Assembly (NCBI GenBank): GCA_035547575.1
Contig: DASZUO010000303.1
Location: 1,183-65,182, forward strand
DNA: 64,000 nucleotides
Source: Amycolatopsis sp.
Lineage (GTDB): Bacteria; Actinomycetota; Actinomycetes; Mycobacteriales; Pseudonocardiaceae
Reading direction: 5' to 3'
In this document: positions 50,128-59,836 of the stretch, piece after piece
How the letters are laid out: every line of letters begins with the position of its first letter
How positions within the stretch are numbered: position 1 is the stretch's first letter
The notes under the pieces: model-generated
Databases searched by the model: none
The model's input: the letters and a program-made list of their open reading frames with translations, nothing else
Told to the model about the DNA's origin: nothing
Made by a program: the position numbers and the translations under genes

Positions 50128-51158
50128 GCGCGGTCCCCCCGCCTGCTCCGGTTCCAGCACCACGCGGCCACGCCCGCCGCACTCGCGGAAACGGACGCGC
50201 CGAGCAGGCCGTGATGCTGCGACGCCCAGACCTGCGCGCTGCCGTGCTTCGCCCTGCCGTCGAACGGCCCGTGCGCGCCGTGGTCCGAACCGTGTGTGCC
50301 ATCGGCGGGACGCCACAGGTTGACCGGCTGCCCGGGGTCGCGCGGTTCGCTCGTCTGCTGCCCGGAGAATCCCGTCCTGGCCAGGTACCGGTCGAGGATG
50401 CCGGGCGCGATCGCGTTGGCGATGAGGGTCGCGACGGTCGAGCCGCCGACCCAGTACTCGCGGCGCCGCGGGTGGCGCGCCGCGTAGCGCACCGCCCGCG
50501 CGGCCACCTCGGGCTGGTAGATCGGCGCCACCGGCTGGGGCTGCCGCGGCAGCCGGGACAGCACCCAGCGGAACTGCGGCGTGTTCAGTCCCGGCAACTG
50601 CACCATCGTCACCCGCACCCCGGACTTCTCGTGCAGCAACTCGCAGCGAAGGGACTCGGTGAATCCCTGGATGGCATGCTTGGCGCCGCAGTATGCGGAC
50701 TGCAGCGGGATTCCCCGGTACGCGAGCGCCGAGCCGACCTGCACGATCACGCCGCGGTCGCGGGGCCGCATCCGGGCCAGCGCGGTACGGGTCCCGTTGA
50801 CATAGCCCAGGTAGGTCACGTCGGTGACCCGGCGGAACTCCTCCGGGCCGATCTCGGTGAACGGGGCGAACACCGACGTGAAGGCGTCGTTGACCCACAC
50901 GTCGATCGGCCCGAGCCCGGCCTCGACCCGGTCGGCGGCGTCGTCGACAGCCGTCGGATCGGACATGTCGACGGACACGGCCAGGCCCTTCGTGCCCGCG
51001 CCTTCGACGTCGGCCAGCGCGCCCTCGAGTCCTTCCTCACCGCGTGCCAGCAGCGCCACCCTGGCGCCCCGTGCGGCGAACTCGCGCGCCGTGGCACGCC
51101 CGACCCCGCCGGTGGCGCCGGTGACCACCACGACCCGCTCGTGTCCCTGGTCGGCCAT
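50124..51158 (-). CDS. SDR-family oxidoreductase
   Basis: VTGATGGVG, GSALAYR and YCGAK (YxxxK) motifs; ATG after AGGAG..GAGG. Confidence 0.92.
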   Translation of the reverse strand: MADQGHERVVVVTGATGGVGRATAREFAARGARVALLARGEEGLEGALADVEGAGTKGLAVSVDMSDPTAVDDAADRVEAGLGPIDVWVNDAFTSVFAPFTEIGPEEFRRVTDVTYLGYVNGTRTALARMRPRDRGVIVQVGSALAYRGIPLQSAYCGAKHAIQGFTESLRCELLHEKSGVRVTMVQLPGLNTPQFRWVLSRLPRQPQPVAPIYQPEVAARAVRYAARHPRRREYWVGGSTVATLIANAIAPGILDRYLARTGFSGQQTSEPRDPGQPVNLWRPADGTHGSDHGAHGPFDGRAKHGSAQVWASQHHGLLGASVSASAAGVAAWCWNRSRRGDRA

Positions 51159-51185
51159 CACCTCGCTCCTTTCCTGGCCCTGGCG

Positions 51186-51210
51186 TACCCTCGTTTGCGT
51201 GACGCAAACG
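51186..51210 (-). promoter_or_regulatory. SigF/SigB-type promoter with embedded perfect palindrome
   Basis: Minus strand GTTT-N15-GGGTA (51209-51186); palindrome CGTTTGCGT-g-ACGCAAACG at 51192-51210. Confidence 0.8.
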
Positions 51211-51657
51211 TCGCCGGATACCGGGGAGACGGACACGGCGCTGGCCGTGCTGCGGACGATGGTCGCCATCGGCGAGTCGACCGTGGAAGACGCCACGGGA
51301 GAGCTCACGCTCACCCAGTTCCGGGTGCTGCGGACCGTCGTCGACCACACTCCCGTGACGGGCAGTCGCGTCGCCGCCGAACTCGGCATGAACCCGTCGT
51401 CGGTCACCCGCGCCTGTGACCGGCTGACCGCACTGGGGTTGCTGCGGCGTGCGCAGAACCCGCTCAACAAGCGTGAGATCCTGCTCGCCCCCACCGCGAC
51501 GGGGCGCCTCGCCGTCGAACGCGTCAACAACAGTCGCCACGCGATCCTCGCGGAGATTCTCGGCAGCCTCACCCCCGAGGCGCGTTCCGCGACCGTCGCG
51601 GCGTTCGCCGTCTTCAACGACGCGGCCGCGGCCGTGGGGCTACCCGGCACCTGGTAG
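51199..51657 (+). CDS. MarR-family regulator
   Basis: LTLTQFRVL, LGMNPSSVTRACDRL and NKRE wing motifs; start approximate. Confidence 0.88.
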   Translation: MTQTSPDTGETDTALAVLRTMVAIGESTVEDATGELTLTQFRVLRTVVDHTPVTGSRVAAELGMNPSSVTRACDRLTALGLLRRAQNPLNKREILLAPTATGRLAVERVNNSRHAILAEILGSLTPEARSATVAAFAVFNDAAAAVGLPGTW

Positions 51658-52005
51658 GTCACGACTCGGCGGGGGCGCTAGCATCGCAGTCCCGACAGCA
51701 GCGTCGGGCTCCTCCTTGGCCCCCGTCCCGACGTCAGGAACAGGCGGCACGAAGACGACAGCTGGCTCGACCGAGCCACGCACGAGGCACATCAGGCCAT
51801 TGCCCGCATCCACGCGGAGGGCCTGGCCGCGCTCGACGAGATCCTGCCCAGAACCCGTCCGCGCCCCGGCGGTGCGCACGATCCGTCGTCCACGGGGTGG
51901 TTCGAACCGATCACGGATCACACACCACCGCCCTACTGACCACGCTCGATCACACGTCCGAATCAGCCATTGCGCGGAATGCCGTGGGCAATTCCTTTGG
52001 CGTGA

Positions 52006-52296
52006 TCAGTAGTCGCCGGGTAGCAGCGACCCGAGTGGACCGAGATCGAGATTGAGATCCCGCCGTTCCAGTCCGAAATGCTCGCACAGTTCCGTCATGC
52101 GCTCATCGAGGTGCATGAGCGTCTCCCCCATCGCCTCGATCTGGGCGTCGGACAGGTCGCCGTGGTCGGCCCGCCGCAGCGCCTGCCGTTCCATCAGCTG
52201 GCGGAGCAGTTCCACGACGGTCAGCACCAGGCTGACGAGGCTGCGCTCGACGTTGTCGGGGTCGGCGTTGATGCGCGGACCGGTCGGCTCACTCAT
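52006..52296 (-). CDS. gvpK: Gas vesicle protein K
   Basis: LVLTVVELLRQLMERQALRR and DLNLDLGPLG motifs. Confidence 0.93.
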   Translation of the reverse strand: MSEPTGPRINADPDNVERSLVSLVLTVVELLRQLMERQALRRADHGDLSDAQIEAMGETLMHLDERMTELCEHFGLERRDLNLDLGPLGSLLPGDY

Positions 52297-52486
52297 CGCG
52301 GGGCTGCAATGCGGTGATCGAGGACAACAGGGCGCGCAGCGAGATCCGGACGAGGTCGACGTCCGCAATGGACAATGTCAGGTCTCCGCTGACGACGACG
52401 CCGCCCGCCAGCACTCTGTCCAGCAGATCGATGAGCGCGACCGGCCGTTGCAGGCGCGCGGGCGATGCCGGGGCGGGTTGTGTCAT
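52289..52486 (-). CDS. gvpS: Gas vesicle protein, GvpA-family (GvpS)
   Basis: ALIDLLDRVLAGGVVVSGDLTLSIADVDLVRISLRALL; lies between gvpL and gvpK. Confidence 0.85.
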   Translation of the reverse strand: MTQPAPASPARLQRPVALIDLLDRVLAGGVVVSGDLTLSIADVDLVRISLRALLSSITALQPRDE

Positions 52487-53256
52487 TGAAACTCCATGGC
52501 AGCGAACGAATAAGGTGGCCACGGGCCGGTGAGCTGGACGCTGATCGCGTCGTTCTCCCGGTCGCAGGCGGCGACCGCCTCGGCGAACGCGGTGCCGGAC
52601 GCGTCGTCGACCAGGTAGGCGAGGTTGCGGATCATCCGCCCGTTGTCCTCGGCCAGCGCCCGGCTCTGGGGCGGATGCGCACGGCCGGCCGCGGCGAGCG
52701 AGAAGAGCCGCTGATGGACCTTCTCCGCCTGTTCGGCCGCGCGCTCGTCCTGGCGTTCCCGCCAGGCGAGGACGGCGCGACGCCGGGCCAGGTAGGCCGT
52801 CCCGGCCCCGCGACGGGACGGACCGGCGTCGGCGGTGGCGGGCTCGTCCGTCGGCTCGGCGGCGAACAGCTTGACACCCCACTCGGTCCGCCCGGTGACG
52901 CGCTCGAGCGCCCGGTGGAAGTCGGCGGCGCGCCGCTCCAGCATCGCCCGCACGCTGTCGTCGTCGCGGTACACCGTGGCCAGCCGGACCGGCACGACCG
53001 GCCCGCCGGCCGGGACGGTGGCGACCACGGCATCGTGTGCCCTCGCTACCCCGGCAAGCCAGTCCAGGTCCTCCAGGTTGCGGTGCAAGGCCTCCTCGCC
53101 GAACGCGTCCAGCGGCACGTCCCCCACCACCGCGGTCAGGCCGGCGGCCTCGACGCGGCGCACCGGCTCGCCCGCCACGCCGGGCAGCCGACCGAGGCCG
53201 GCGGGATCCGCGCGGCCGGTCACCGCGTAGAGCCAGATTCCGTAGTCGTCAGTCAC
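52483..53256 (-). CDS. gvpL: GvpL/GvpF family protein
   Basis: ARAHDAVV, PVRLATVY, EWGVK and TGPWPPYSF motifs. Confidence 0.88.
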   Translation of the reverse strand: MTDDYGIWLYAVTGRADPAGLGRLPGVAGEPVRRVEAAGLTAVVGDVPLDAFGEEALHRNLEDLDWLAGVARAHDAVVATVPAGGPVVPVRLATVYRDDDSVRAMLERRAADFHRALERVTGRTEWGVKLFAAEPTDEPATADAGPSRRGAGTAYLARRRAVLAWRERQDERAAEQAEKVHQRLFSLAAAGRAHPPQSRALAEDNGRMIRNLAYLVDDASGTAFAEAVAACDRENDAISVQLTGPWPPYSFAAMEFQ

Positions 53257-53611
53257 CGTTGACCTCGCCGCTCTCGATCGCCTCGGGCTCCGGCTCGCCT
53301 TCGAGTTCGGCGACGCGGGCGCGCAGCTCGCGGTTCTCGTTCTTCAGCCGCTCGCTGTCGCCGGTCAGCCAGGGATCGCTCTCCCACCAGTTGATGCCGA
53401 CCTCCCGCGCCGTCTCCAGGGACGCGATGACCAGCCGGAGCTTGATCGTCAGCAGCTCGATGTCGAGCAGGTTGACCTGGATGTCCCCGGCGATCACCAG
53501 GCCCTTGTCCAGCACTCGTTCCAGGATGTCGCCGAGGTTCGCCGATTGGTGGTTGCCGCTCGCGCTCATCCCGGTCTGGTACGACGGGGCAACGGGTCCC
53601 TCCGAGGTCAT
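53249..53611 (-). CDS. gvpJ: Gas vesicle protein J (GvpA family)
   Basis: NLGDILERVLDKGLVIAGDIQVNLLDIELLTIKLRL and WWESDPWL motifs. Confidence 0.9.
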   Translation of the reverse strand: MTSEGPVAPSYQTGMSASGNHQSANLGDILERVLDKGLVIAGDIQVNLLDIELLTIKLRLVIASLETAREVGINWWESDPWLTGDSERLKNENRELRARVAELEGEPEPEAIESGEVNGD

Positions 53612-53925
53612 CAGCTGCCTCCGTTCCCGGTTCCGGCCCGTCCACGCGGGTACCTGCTGGTGCGGCGGTAGGCGAGCAGGTCGCCATCGGTGCCCAGCTC
53701 CATCTCGTACAGCGCGAGCAGATCCGACGACGACGGGATACGCCGCTCCTCGAGTACCTCCACCTCGACCAGCCAGCCGTCCTCGGCCGGTTCGACCGAG
53801 GTGACGCCGACCGGTTTGCTGGTGGTCAGCTCACCGATGTGCTGGAGCGCCTTCGCCGCCACCTCCGGCGCGGAGAGCGTTTCGTCCTCAGTGGATCGCC
53901 GGCGCTGCCGTTCCGTGTCGGCCAC
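53611..53925 (-). CDS. gvpO: Gas vesicle protein O
   Basis: GWLVEVEVLEERRIP..DLLALYE..DGDLLAYRR motif. Confidence 0.9.
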   Translation of the reverse strand: MADTERQRRRSTEDETLSAPEVAAKALQHIGELTTSKPVGVTSVEPAEDGWLVEVEVLEERRIPSSSDLLALYEMELGTDGDLLAYRRTSRYPRGRAGTGNGGS

Positions 53926-53931
53926 CGGTCA

Positions 53932-54198
53932 TCACCTCTCCATCTCGTTCGCCTCCGCGCCGGCCGGATCCGGCTCGGACACCTGCAGCCGGTTCAGTAC
54001 CTGTTGCTGCGTCCGGGCCTCGTCATCCGCGGAGATCTCACCGGCTTCCCTTGCCGCCTCGGCTGCTTCCAGCTCGCGGCGCACCGAGGCCGGGTCGGTC
54101 AGCTCCTCGTCCACGCGACGCTTGATCAGGTCACCCAGCGCCAGTACGCCACGGACCGGCGCGAACGGCAGGCCGAAGATCGTGGACAGCACTCCCAT
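53932..54198 (-). CDS. gvpG: Gas vesicle protein G
   Basis: LPFAPVRG...DPASVRRELE...GEISADD motif. Confidence 0.88.
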   Translation of the reverse strand: MGVLSTIFGLPFAPVRGVLALGDLIKRRVDEELTDPASVRRELEAAEAAREAGEISADDEARTQQQVLNRLQVSEPDPAGAEANEMER

Positions 54199-54202
54199 CG
54201 GG

Positions 54203-54961
54203 CTACCCCTCCGGCTGCTTGGTGACGACGAAGTCGTAGGCCGCGAGCGGACCGAGCAGGCGCACCTCCGCGCGGCCTTCCCACTCCTGCGCGAGCTTGC
54301 CGACGGCGGCCTCCAGGTCGGCCTGTTCGGCGGTCGCCGCCAGACAAGCGAGATGCACCGCGTCCCGCTCGTGCGTCGGCTCCCGCGGAGCGATCTGGAC
54401 GTCGAGCGCCGCGAGGACGTCGGCCGCCCGCCGGGTGTCGGCCTCGCGTTTCGCGGCGATCGCATTGTTGATCTGCTCGCCGAGGGTCATCCGTTCGTTG
54501 CGAGTGGCGTCCTCGGGCTTGCCGCGGATCGATTCCCGCAACCGCGCCAGTTCCTCGTTCTCGCCGAGGATCTCGCGCAGCACGGCCTGCTCCACATAGC
54601 GCGCCTTGACGACGTACTCGGCCTTGCCTTCCAGTTCGTGCAGCGCCGCCGCGAAGTCGTCCTGATGCTCCGTGAGCAGTTCCTCCTTCACCGCGTCCCT
54701 GGTGGTGACCACGGCGCCGAAGCGCAGCGGCAGTACGGGGGCCTCGGCGGCGGCCCCGTCGAGCAGCGCCGCGTGCGCGGTCAGGTCCTCCGGCGTGCCC
54801 AGTGCCTGGTCGCGGGGTATCTCGCTGACCAGCGCGGCGATGCGGTCGCCCCGCACGGTCGTCACCGGCGCGTCCGCGACGCCGCGTGCCTCGGGTTCGG
54901 TCTCGACGTCCGTGGGCACGATTCCGTACACGTACACCGCGGTCTCGGTCTGCCCGGCCAT
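54203..54961 (-). CDS. gvpF: GvpL/GvpF family protein
   Basis: VYVYGIV, PVLPLRFG, EYVVK and LGPLAAYDFV motifs; directly follows gvpA. Confidence 0.9.
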   Translation of the reverse strand: MAGQTETAVYVYGIVPTDVETEPEARGVADAPVTTVRGDRIAALVSEIPRDQALGTPEDLTAHAALLDGAAAEAPVLPLRFGAVVTTRDAVKEELLTEHQDDFAAALHELEGKAEYVVKARYVEQAVLREILGENEELARLRESIRGKPEDATRNERMTLGEQINNAIAAKREADTRRAADVLAALDVQIAPREPTHERDAVHLACLAATAEQADLEAAVGKLAQEWEGRAEVRLLGPLAAYDFVVTKQPEG

Positions 54962-54962
54962 G

Positions 54963-55364
54963 TCAGTCCCTGCCCTTCCGCCCGCGCCCCGCCCGCTCGG
55001 GTTCCTCCTCGTCCTCGCCGAGGATGTCGCGGAGCTTGTCGCCCGCGGCTTCGAGCACCCCGGAGGTTTTCGCCTTCGCTCCGCCGGAGTTCACGTCCTC
55101 GAGGAGGTCCGGCAGTCCCTTCTGCTCGGTGCCGGAGATGTCGAGCCGGTTCACGGCTTCGGCGAACCGGAGGTAGGTGTCGACACTGGCCACGACCACC
55201 CTCGCGTCGATGGTCAGCAACTCGATCCCGACGAGCGAGACCCGGACGTAGGCGTCGATCACGAGCCCCTTGTCCAGGATCGTGTCGATCACGTCCGCGA
55301 GGCTGCTCGAACTGGGTCCGCCGAAGTTTCCGCCACCACCGGATGGCTGCACGGCTGTCGTCAT
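54963..55364 (-). CDS. gvpA: Major gas vesicle structural protein with actinomycete-type C-terminal extension
   Basis: [56 protein letters not shown]. Confidence 0.95.
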   Translation of the reverse strand: MTTAVQPSGGGGNFGGPSSSSLADVIDTILDKGLVIDAYVRVSLVGIELLTIDARVVVASVDTYLRFAEAVNRLDISGTEQKGLPDLLEDVNSGGAKAKTSGVLEAAGDKLRDILGEDEEEPERAGRGRKGRD

Positions 55365-55375
55365 CGCCTGTTCCC

Positions 55376-56436
55376 TCACTCTCTGCCGGCTGTCGCCCGT
55401 GCTCGGCGGCGGCGTACCGGCCGCTCGGGCTCTTCCTCGGGTTCTTCCTCGGCGGGTTCTTCCTCCGCGGGCTCCTCGTCCTCGGTCTCCTCCGCGGATT
55501 CGTACTCGGCGGGTTCCTCGTCCTGGTCCTCGGCTTCCTCGGGTTCGGGCCCGCGGTCCTCGTCCTGGCCGTCGACGACCTTCCCGTCGCGGATCTCGCC
55601 GTGCCATCCCTCGATGTCGTCGGGGTGCAGCAACGCCTCCGTCATGACATGGCGACGGAAGTGCTTGAGCTCCAACCGGACCCGGCGGCCCTGCGCACGC
55701 CAGATGTTGCCGGTGCGCTCGAACAACCCCTGCGGGTAGTACTCGAGTACCAGCACGACCCGCGTCAGGTCCGGCGTGAGGTCGTGGAAGGTGACGGCAC
55801 CGTCGACGTGCCCCTTCTCCCCCTCGGAACGCCAGATGATCCGCTCGTTTGGCACCTGCTCGAGGATCGTGGCCTCCCACATGCGGTGCGACCAGAAGAT
55901 CTGCGCCTTCCATTCGGTCGTCTCGTCGCCGGTCTGCTCGACGTTCTCGACCTTCTTCATGAACTTGGGGAACTCGCTGAACCGGGTCCACTGGTCGTAA
56001 ACCAGGTCGACGGGAGCGCCGATGTCGATCTCCTCGACGATGTTGGTGACCTTGAGCGTGTCGCCCTTGCGGCCACCCCCGCCACCGAGTGCGCCTTTGA
56101 CCTTGTCGAGGATGCCGGACATGCCGCCCTTGACCGCGCCCATGGCGGCCTGCCCCTTGATGCCCGGCTTGCCTCCCGTCAGCGCTTCGAGGAAGCCCCC
56201 GCCATTGCCGGCGGCGTAGTCGTTCAGGCGCCCGGTGGTCGAGACAATCCCGTTCGCCAGCGAGGTCGTCGCCCGTGTGCCGACCGTCCTCGCCAAGCCC
56301 TTCAAGGCGTCGGTCAGCTCGGTGGGCACGGCTCCCGTTGCCTTCGACACGGTATCCGTGGCCTTGCCGGTGACATCCGACGCGGTGTCCGTGGCCTTGT
56401 CGGTGGCCTTCTTCACCTGCTTGGTGACCATCGTGC

Positions 56437-56440
<4 letters not shown>
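55376..56440 (-). CDS. SRPBCC (polyketide cyclase-like) domain protein of gvp clusters
   Basis: [39 protein letters not shown] and GAVTFH motifs; acidic tail. Confidence 0.85.
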
Positions 56441-56994
<554 letters not shown>

Positions 56995-57096
56995 TCCGTT
57001 CCTCCTGACTCGGCGATTGGCGGAGTTCGACAACCCGCACGCCGCCCCCCGAAAAGTTTCCGGGGCGAGCAGGATCCGTCGATCACTCTCAGGAGC

Positions 57097-57121
57097 TACC
57101 CGGCTCTGAAATCACGGAAAC
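57097..57121 (-). promoter_or_regulatory. SigF/SigB-type promoter of the gvp operon
   Basis: Minus strand GTTT-N16-GGGTA(G), about 100 bp upstream of the first gene. Confidence 0.75.
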
Positions 57122-57402
57122 GTCGGAAGCGGATAAACAATGCCGCGCCCCTCCGGGACGCCTCCAAGATCTATTCACGTTCCCTTGACACAAGCGGAAA
57201 ATCTCGGCTCAACGGTCGGAAAATCGGATTGGTCCAGTCCACTAGGAAAATGATTAACAGACCACTGTTCAAACACGCGGCGAACACGACGGGAAACAGC
57301 GATGCTCCACTCGGACTAGTCCGCACCGGCGTCCGGAACATATTCGTCGCAACTGTCGCACCCGGCGCTTTGCGCGCGGCATTCGTATGCAATTGTCGTG
57401 GC

Positions 57403-57603
57403 GTGAGGGGAGACGAGGAACTCGTGTCGACAGGCACCGCCGCGAAGCAGCTCGGGGTCCACCGCGGCACTCTCGTGCGCTGGTGGCAGCGGGGCCTCGT
57501 CACGCCCGAACTGATCACTCCGGGCGGGCAGGCACGCTGGGACGTGGCGAGCCTCAAGCGCCGGCTGCGCGCCCACCATGACGAGGGTGAGCGGGCTCCC
57601 TGA
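57403..57603 (+). CDS. Stand-alone MerR/Xis-type HTH protein (BldC-like)
   Basis: 66 aa, ELVSTGTAAKQLGVHRGTLVRWWQRGLVTPELITPGGQARW; winged HTH without an effector domain. Confidence 0.75.
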   Translation: MRGDEELVSTGTAAKQLGVHRGTLVRWWQRGLVTPELITPGGQARWDVASLKRRLRAHHDEGERAP

Positions 57604-57634
57604 CCTCCGCGGCCGGCGTTCTACGCTGCTGGCC

Positions 57635-57814
57635 ATGGATTGGGGCTTATCCGAGTGGACGGTACTGGCGTTGCTGCGCGAGATCCTGCCCAGTGCGCTG
57701 TCCCGTGAGCGACGCGATGGTGAAGTTCGTGGTCATCGCCTCGGGCAAAACCTGCGGCACACCACCGGATCCGAAGTGCACCGTGTTCGCCCTGACCTCG
57801 ATCGTCCGTGCTAG
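57635..57814 (+). pseudogene. Possible truncated PadR-family regulator remnant
   Basis: MDWGLSEWTVLALLRE resembles the first PadR helix; TACGCT 7 nt upstream of the ATG; similarity is lost after about 16 codons. Confidence 0.35.
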
Positions 57815-58284
57815 TCGAGACGCAGGATGGTTTCCTCGATCTCGGCGTGCCGGGCGGATGCGTAGGACATCTCGGTACCCACGACCGTGAAACCCGCCTT
57901 CCGCAGGACCCGGAGCGATGCGAGGTTGTCGCTGGCGGCGCGGGCCCACAACGGCCGCACCTCAACCGTGTCCAGGAACAGGGCGAGGGCCCGGCCGGCG
58001 ATCCCCTGCCCCCAGACCGAACGGTCGATCCAGTAGGTGATCTCGGTGGCGCCCTCCACGACGAAGCTTGAGATACTGCCGACGAAGCGTCCGTCAGCGG
58101 TCACCCCGCGCACGGTGATGCCGGGAGAGGTCGGCACCTTCGACATGTGCGCGTCGAACGCTTCACGGTCGTCCGGGTCCGCGGCCGTGAAAGCGGCCAT
58201 GTGGACCGACTCGGGATCACGCCACTGCTCGAACAGGGCGTCGAGGTCACGATCCTCGACCGGCCGCAGTGCCACCTCCACCAT
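57811..58284 (-). CDS. GNAT (RimJ/RimL-type) acetyltransferase
   Basis: ITYWIDRSVWGQGIA and DNLASLRVLRKAGF motifs. Confidence 0.9.
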   Translation of the reverse strand: MVEVALRPVEDRDLDALFEQWRDPESVHMAAFTAADPDDREAFDAHMSKVPTSPGITVRGVTADGRFVGSISSFVVEGATEITYWIDRSVWGQGIAGRALALFLDTVEVRPLWARAASDNLASLRVLRKAGFTVVGTEMSYASARHAEIEETILRLD

Positions 58285-58361
58285 CGATGCGCTCCTCGTT
58301 CGCAGGCCGCCGGTCCGGGTCCACGGTACCGTCGGGTTGAGGACGTCAAGGAGGAATGATC

Positions 58362-59216
58362 ATGGGTCTGCTCGAAGGCAAAGTCGCTTTCGTCACCGGC
58401 GCCGCCCGCGGCCAGGGTCGCGCGCACGCCCTGACGTGCGCGCGCGAGGGCGCGGACGTCATCGCGCTCGACATCGACGCGCAGATGCCCACCGTGCCGT
58501 ACCGGATGGCCCGGCCGGACGACCTCGCCGAGACGGCGAAACTCGTCGAGGGACAGAACCGGCGAGTGCTCACGGTCGAGGGCGACGTGCGTGACCAGGC
58601 CGCGCTCGACGACGCCGTCAAGCGCGGGATCGCCGAGTTCGGCAAGATCGACATCCTGATCGCCAATGCCGGCATCTGGACTCAGGCGCCGTTCTGGGAG
58701 CTGACCGAGGACCAGTGGGAAGAGATGATCGGGGTCAACCTCAGCGGCGTGTGGCGGTCCGCGAAGGCCGTGGCGCCGCACATGATCGAGCGGCAGACCG
58801 GCTCGATCGTGATCACGGCGTCGACCAACGGGCTCGAACCCGGCATGAACTACGCCCACTACGTCTCCGCCAAGCACGGCGTCATCGGCCTGATGAAGAA
58901 CATCGCGCTGGAACTCGCGCCGCACGGCATCCGCTGCAACGCGATCAGCCCCGGCGCGATCAAGACCCCGATGACGGATCACCAGGGCGCATGGGACATG
59001 TTCGCCGGCCACGAGGGCGGCACCGAGGCCGACATGATCGAGGGCGGCTACCACTTCGCCGCGCTCAAGGGCACGACGTTCCTCGACCCGCAGGTCATCG
59101 CCGACACCGCGCTGTATCTCAACTCGGAGCTCGCGGCGAAGGTGACCGGCGTGACGATCCCGGTCGACGCCGGGCACATGATCCTCACCGGCATCAACGC
59201 GGAACCCGTCAAGTAA
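58362..59216 (+). CDS. Mycofactocin-coupled-type SDR oxidoreductase
   Basis: GKVAFVTGAARGQGRAHA...EGADVIALDI followed by the characteristic insertion loop; IANAGI and HYVSAKHG motifs. Confidence 0.85.
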   Translation: MGLLEGKVAFVTGAARGQGRAHALTCAREGADVIALDIDAQMPTVPYRMARPDDLAETAKLVEGQNRRVLTVEGDVRDQAALDDAVKRGIAEFGKIDILIANAGIWTQAPFWELTEDQWEEMIGVNLSGVWRSAKAVAPHMIERQTGSIVITASTNGLEPGMNYAHYVSAKHGVIGLMKNIALELAPHGIRCNAISPGAIKTPMTDHQGAWDMFAGHEGGTEADMIEGGYHFAALKGTTFLDPQVIADTALYLNSELAAKVTGVTIPVDAGHMILTGINAEPVK

Positions 59217-59270
59217 CGGCGGCCCGGCGGAGTCGCCCGCCGCCCACGCTGGCCGTGTGCGGAACGGTCC

Positions 59271-59756
59271 TCAGCCGACGGTCGGCGGGCGCTCCACGAG
59301 CTGGGCGAGGTAGAGCTGCTCGCCGAGCTTCTCGATCAGTTCCAGCTGGGTTTCGAGGTAGTCGATGTGGCTTTCCTCGTCGGCGAGGATCCGCTCGAAG
59401 ATGTTCGCCGTGGTGATGTCGCCCTTGTCCCGGCACATGGCGATACCCGGCCGCAACCGGTCGACGACCTCCAGCTCGACGGCGAGGTCCGCGCTGAACT
59501 GCTCTCGCACGGTCTGGCCGATGCGCAGCGAGAACAGCCGCTGGTAGTTGGGCAGGCCCTCGAGGAACAGGATGCGATCGGTGATCGTCTCCGCGTGCCG
59601 CATCTCGTCGATCGACTCGGCCCGGGTGTGCTCGGCCAGCTTGGTGAAGCCCCAGTTGGCCTGCATCTTCGCATGCAGGAAATACTGGTTGATCGCCGTG
59701 AGCTCGCTCGTCAACTGCTCGTTGAGCAACGCGATCACGTCGTCGTCGCCACGCAT
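59271..59756 (-). CDS. bfr: Bacterioferritin
   Basis: ELTAINQYFLH, ESIDEMRHA, FLEGLPNYQ and EESHIDYLETQ motifs. Confidence 0.97.
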   Translation of the reverse strand: MRGDDDVIALLNEQLTSELTAINQYFLHAKMQANWGFTKLAEHTRAESIDEMRHAETITDRILFLEGLPNYQRLFSLRIGQTVREQFSADLAVELEVVDRLRPGIAMCRDKGDITTANIFERILADEESHIDYLETQLELIEKLGEQLYLAQLVERPPTVG

Positions 59757-59836
59757 TCAGGTACCTCCGGTCAGCTGGTCACGCAGACACTAACCGGGCC
59801 TGAGGGCGACGGCCACTCCGGCACGAACGGTGCAGG

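Noticed and set aside
51895-51930. GGTTCGAACC resembling a tRNA T-loop or att site
   Set aside because: No cloverleaf, no pairing T-stem or acceptor stem, and no integrase or second copy in the window.
57403-57603. HTH gene as the excisionase of an integrated element
   Set aside because: No integrase, Rep, Tra or att repeats in the window; kept as a BldC-like regulator, though a relic origin is not excluded.
58335-58350. GGTTGA-N5-TCAAG upstream of the SDR as a fourth RosR-type site
   Set aside because: The spacer is 5 bp rather than 4 and the right half is imperfect; it also overlaps the RBS.
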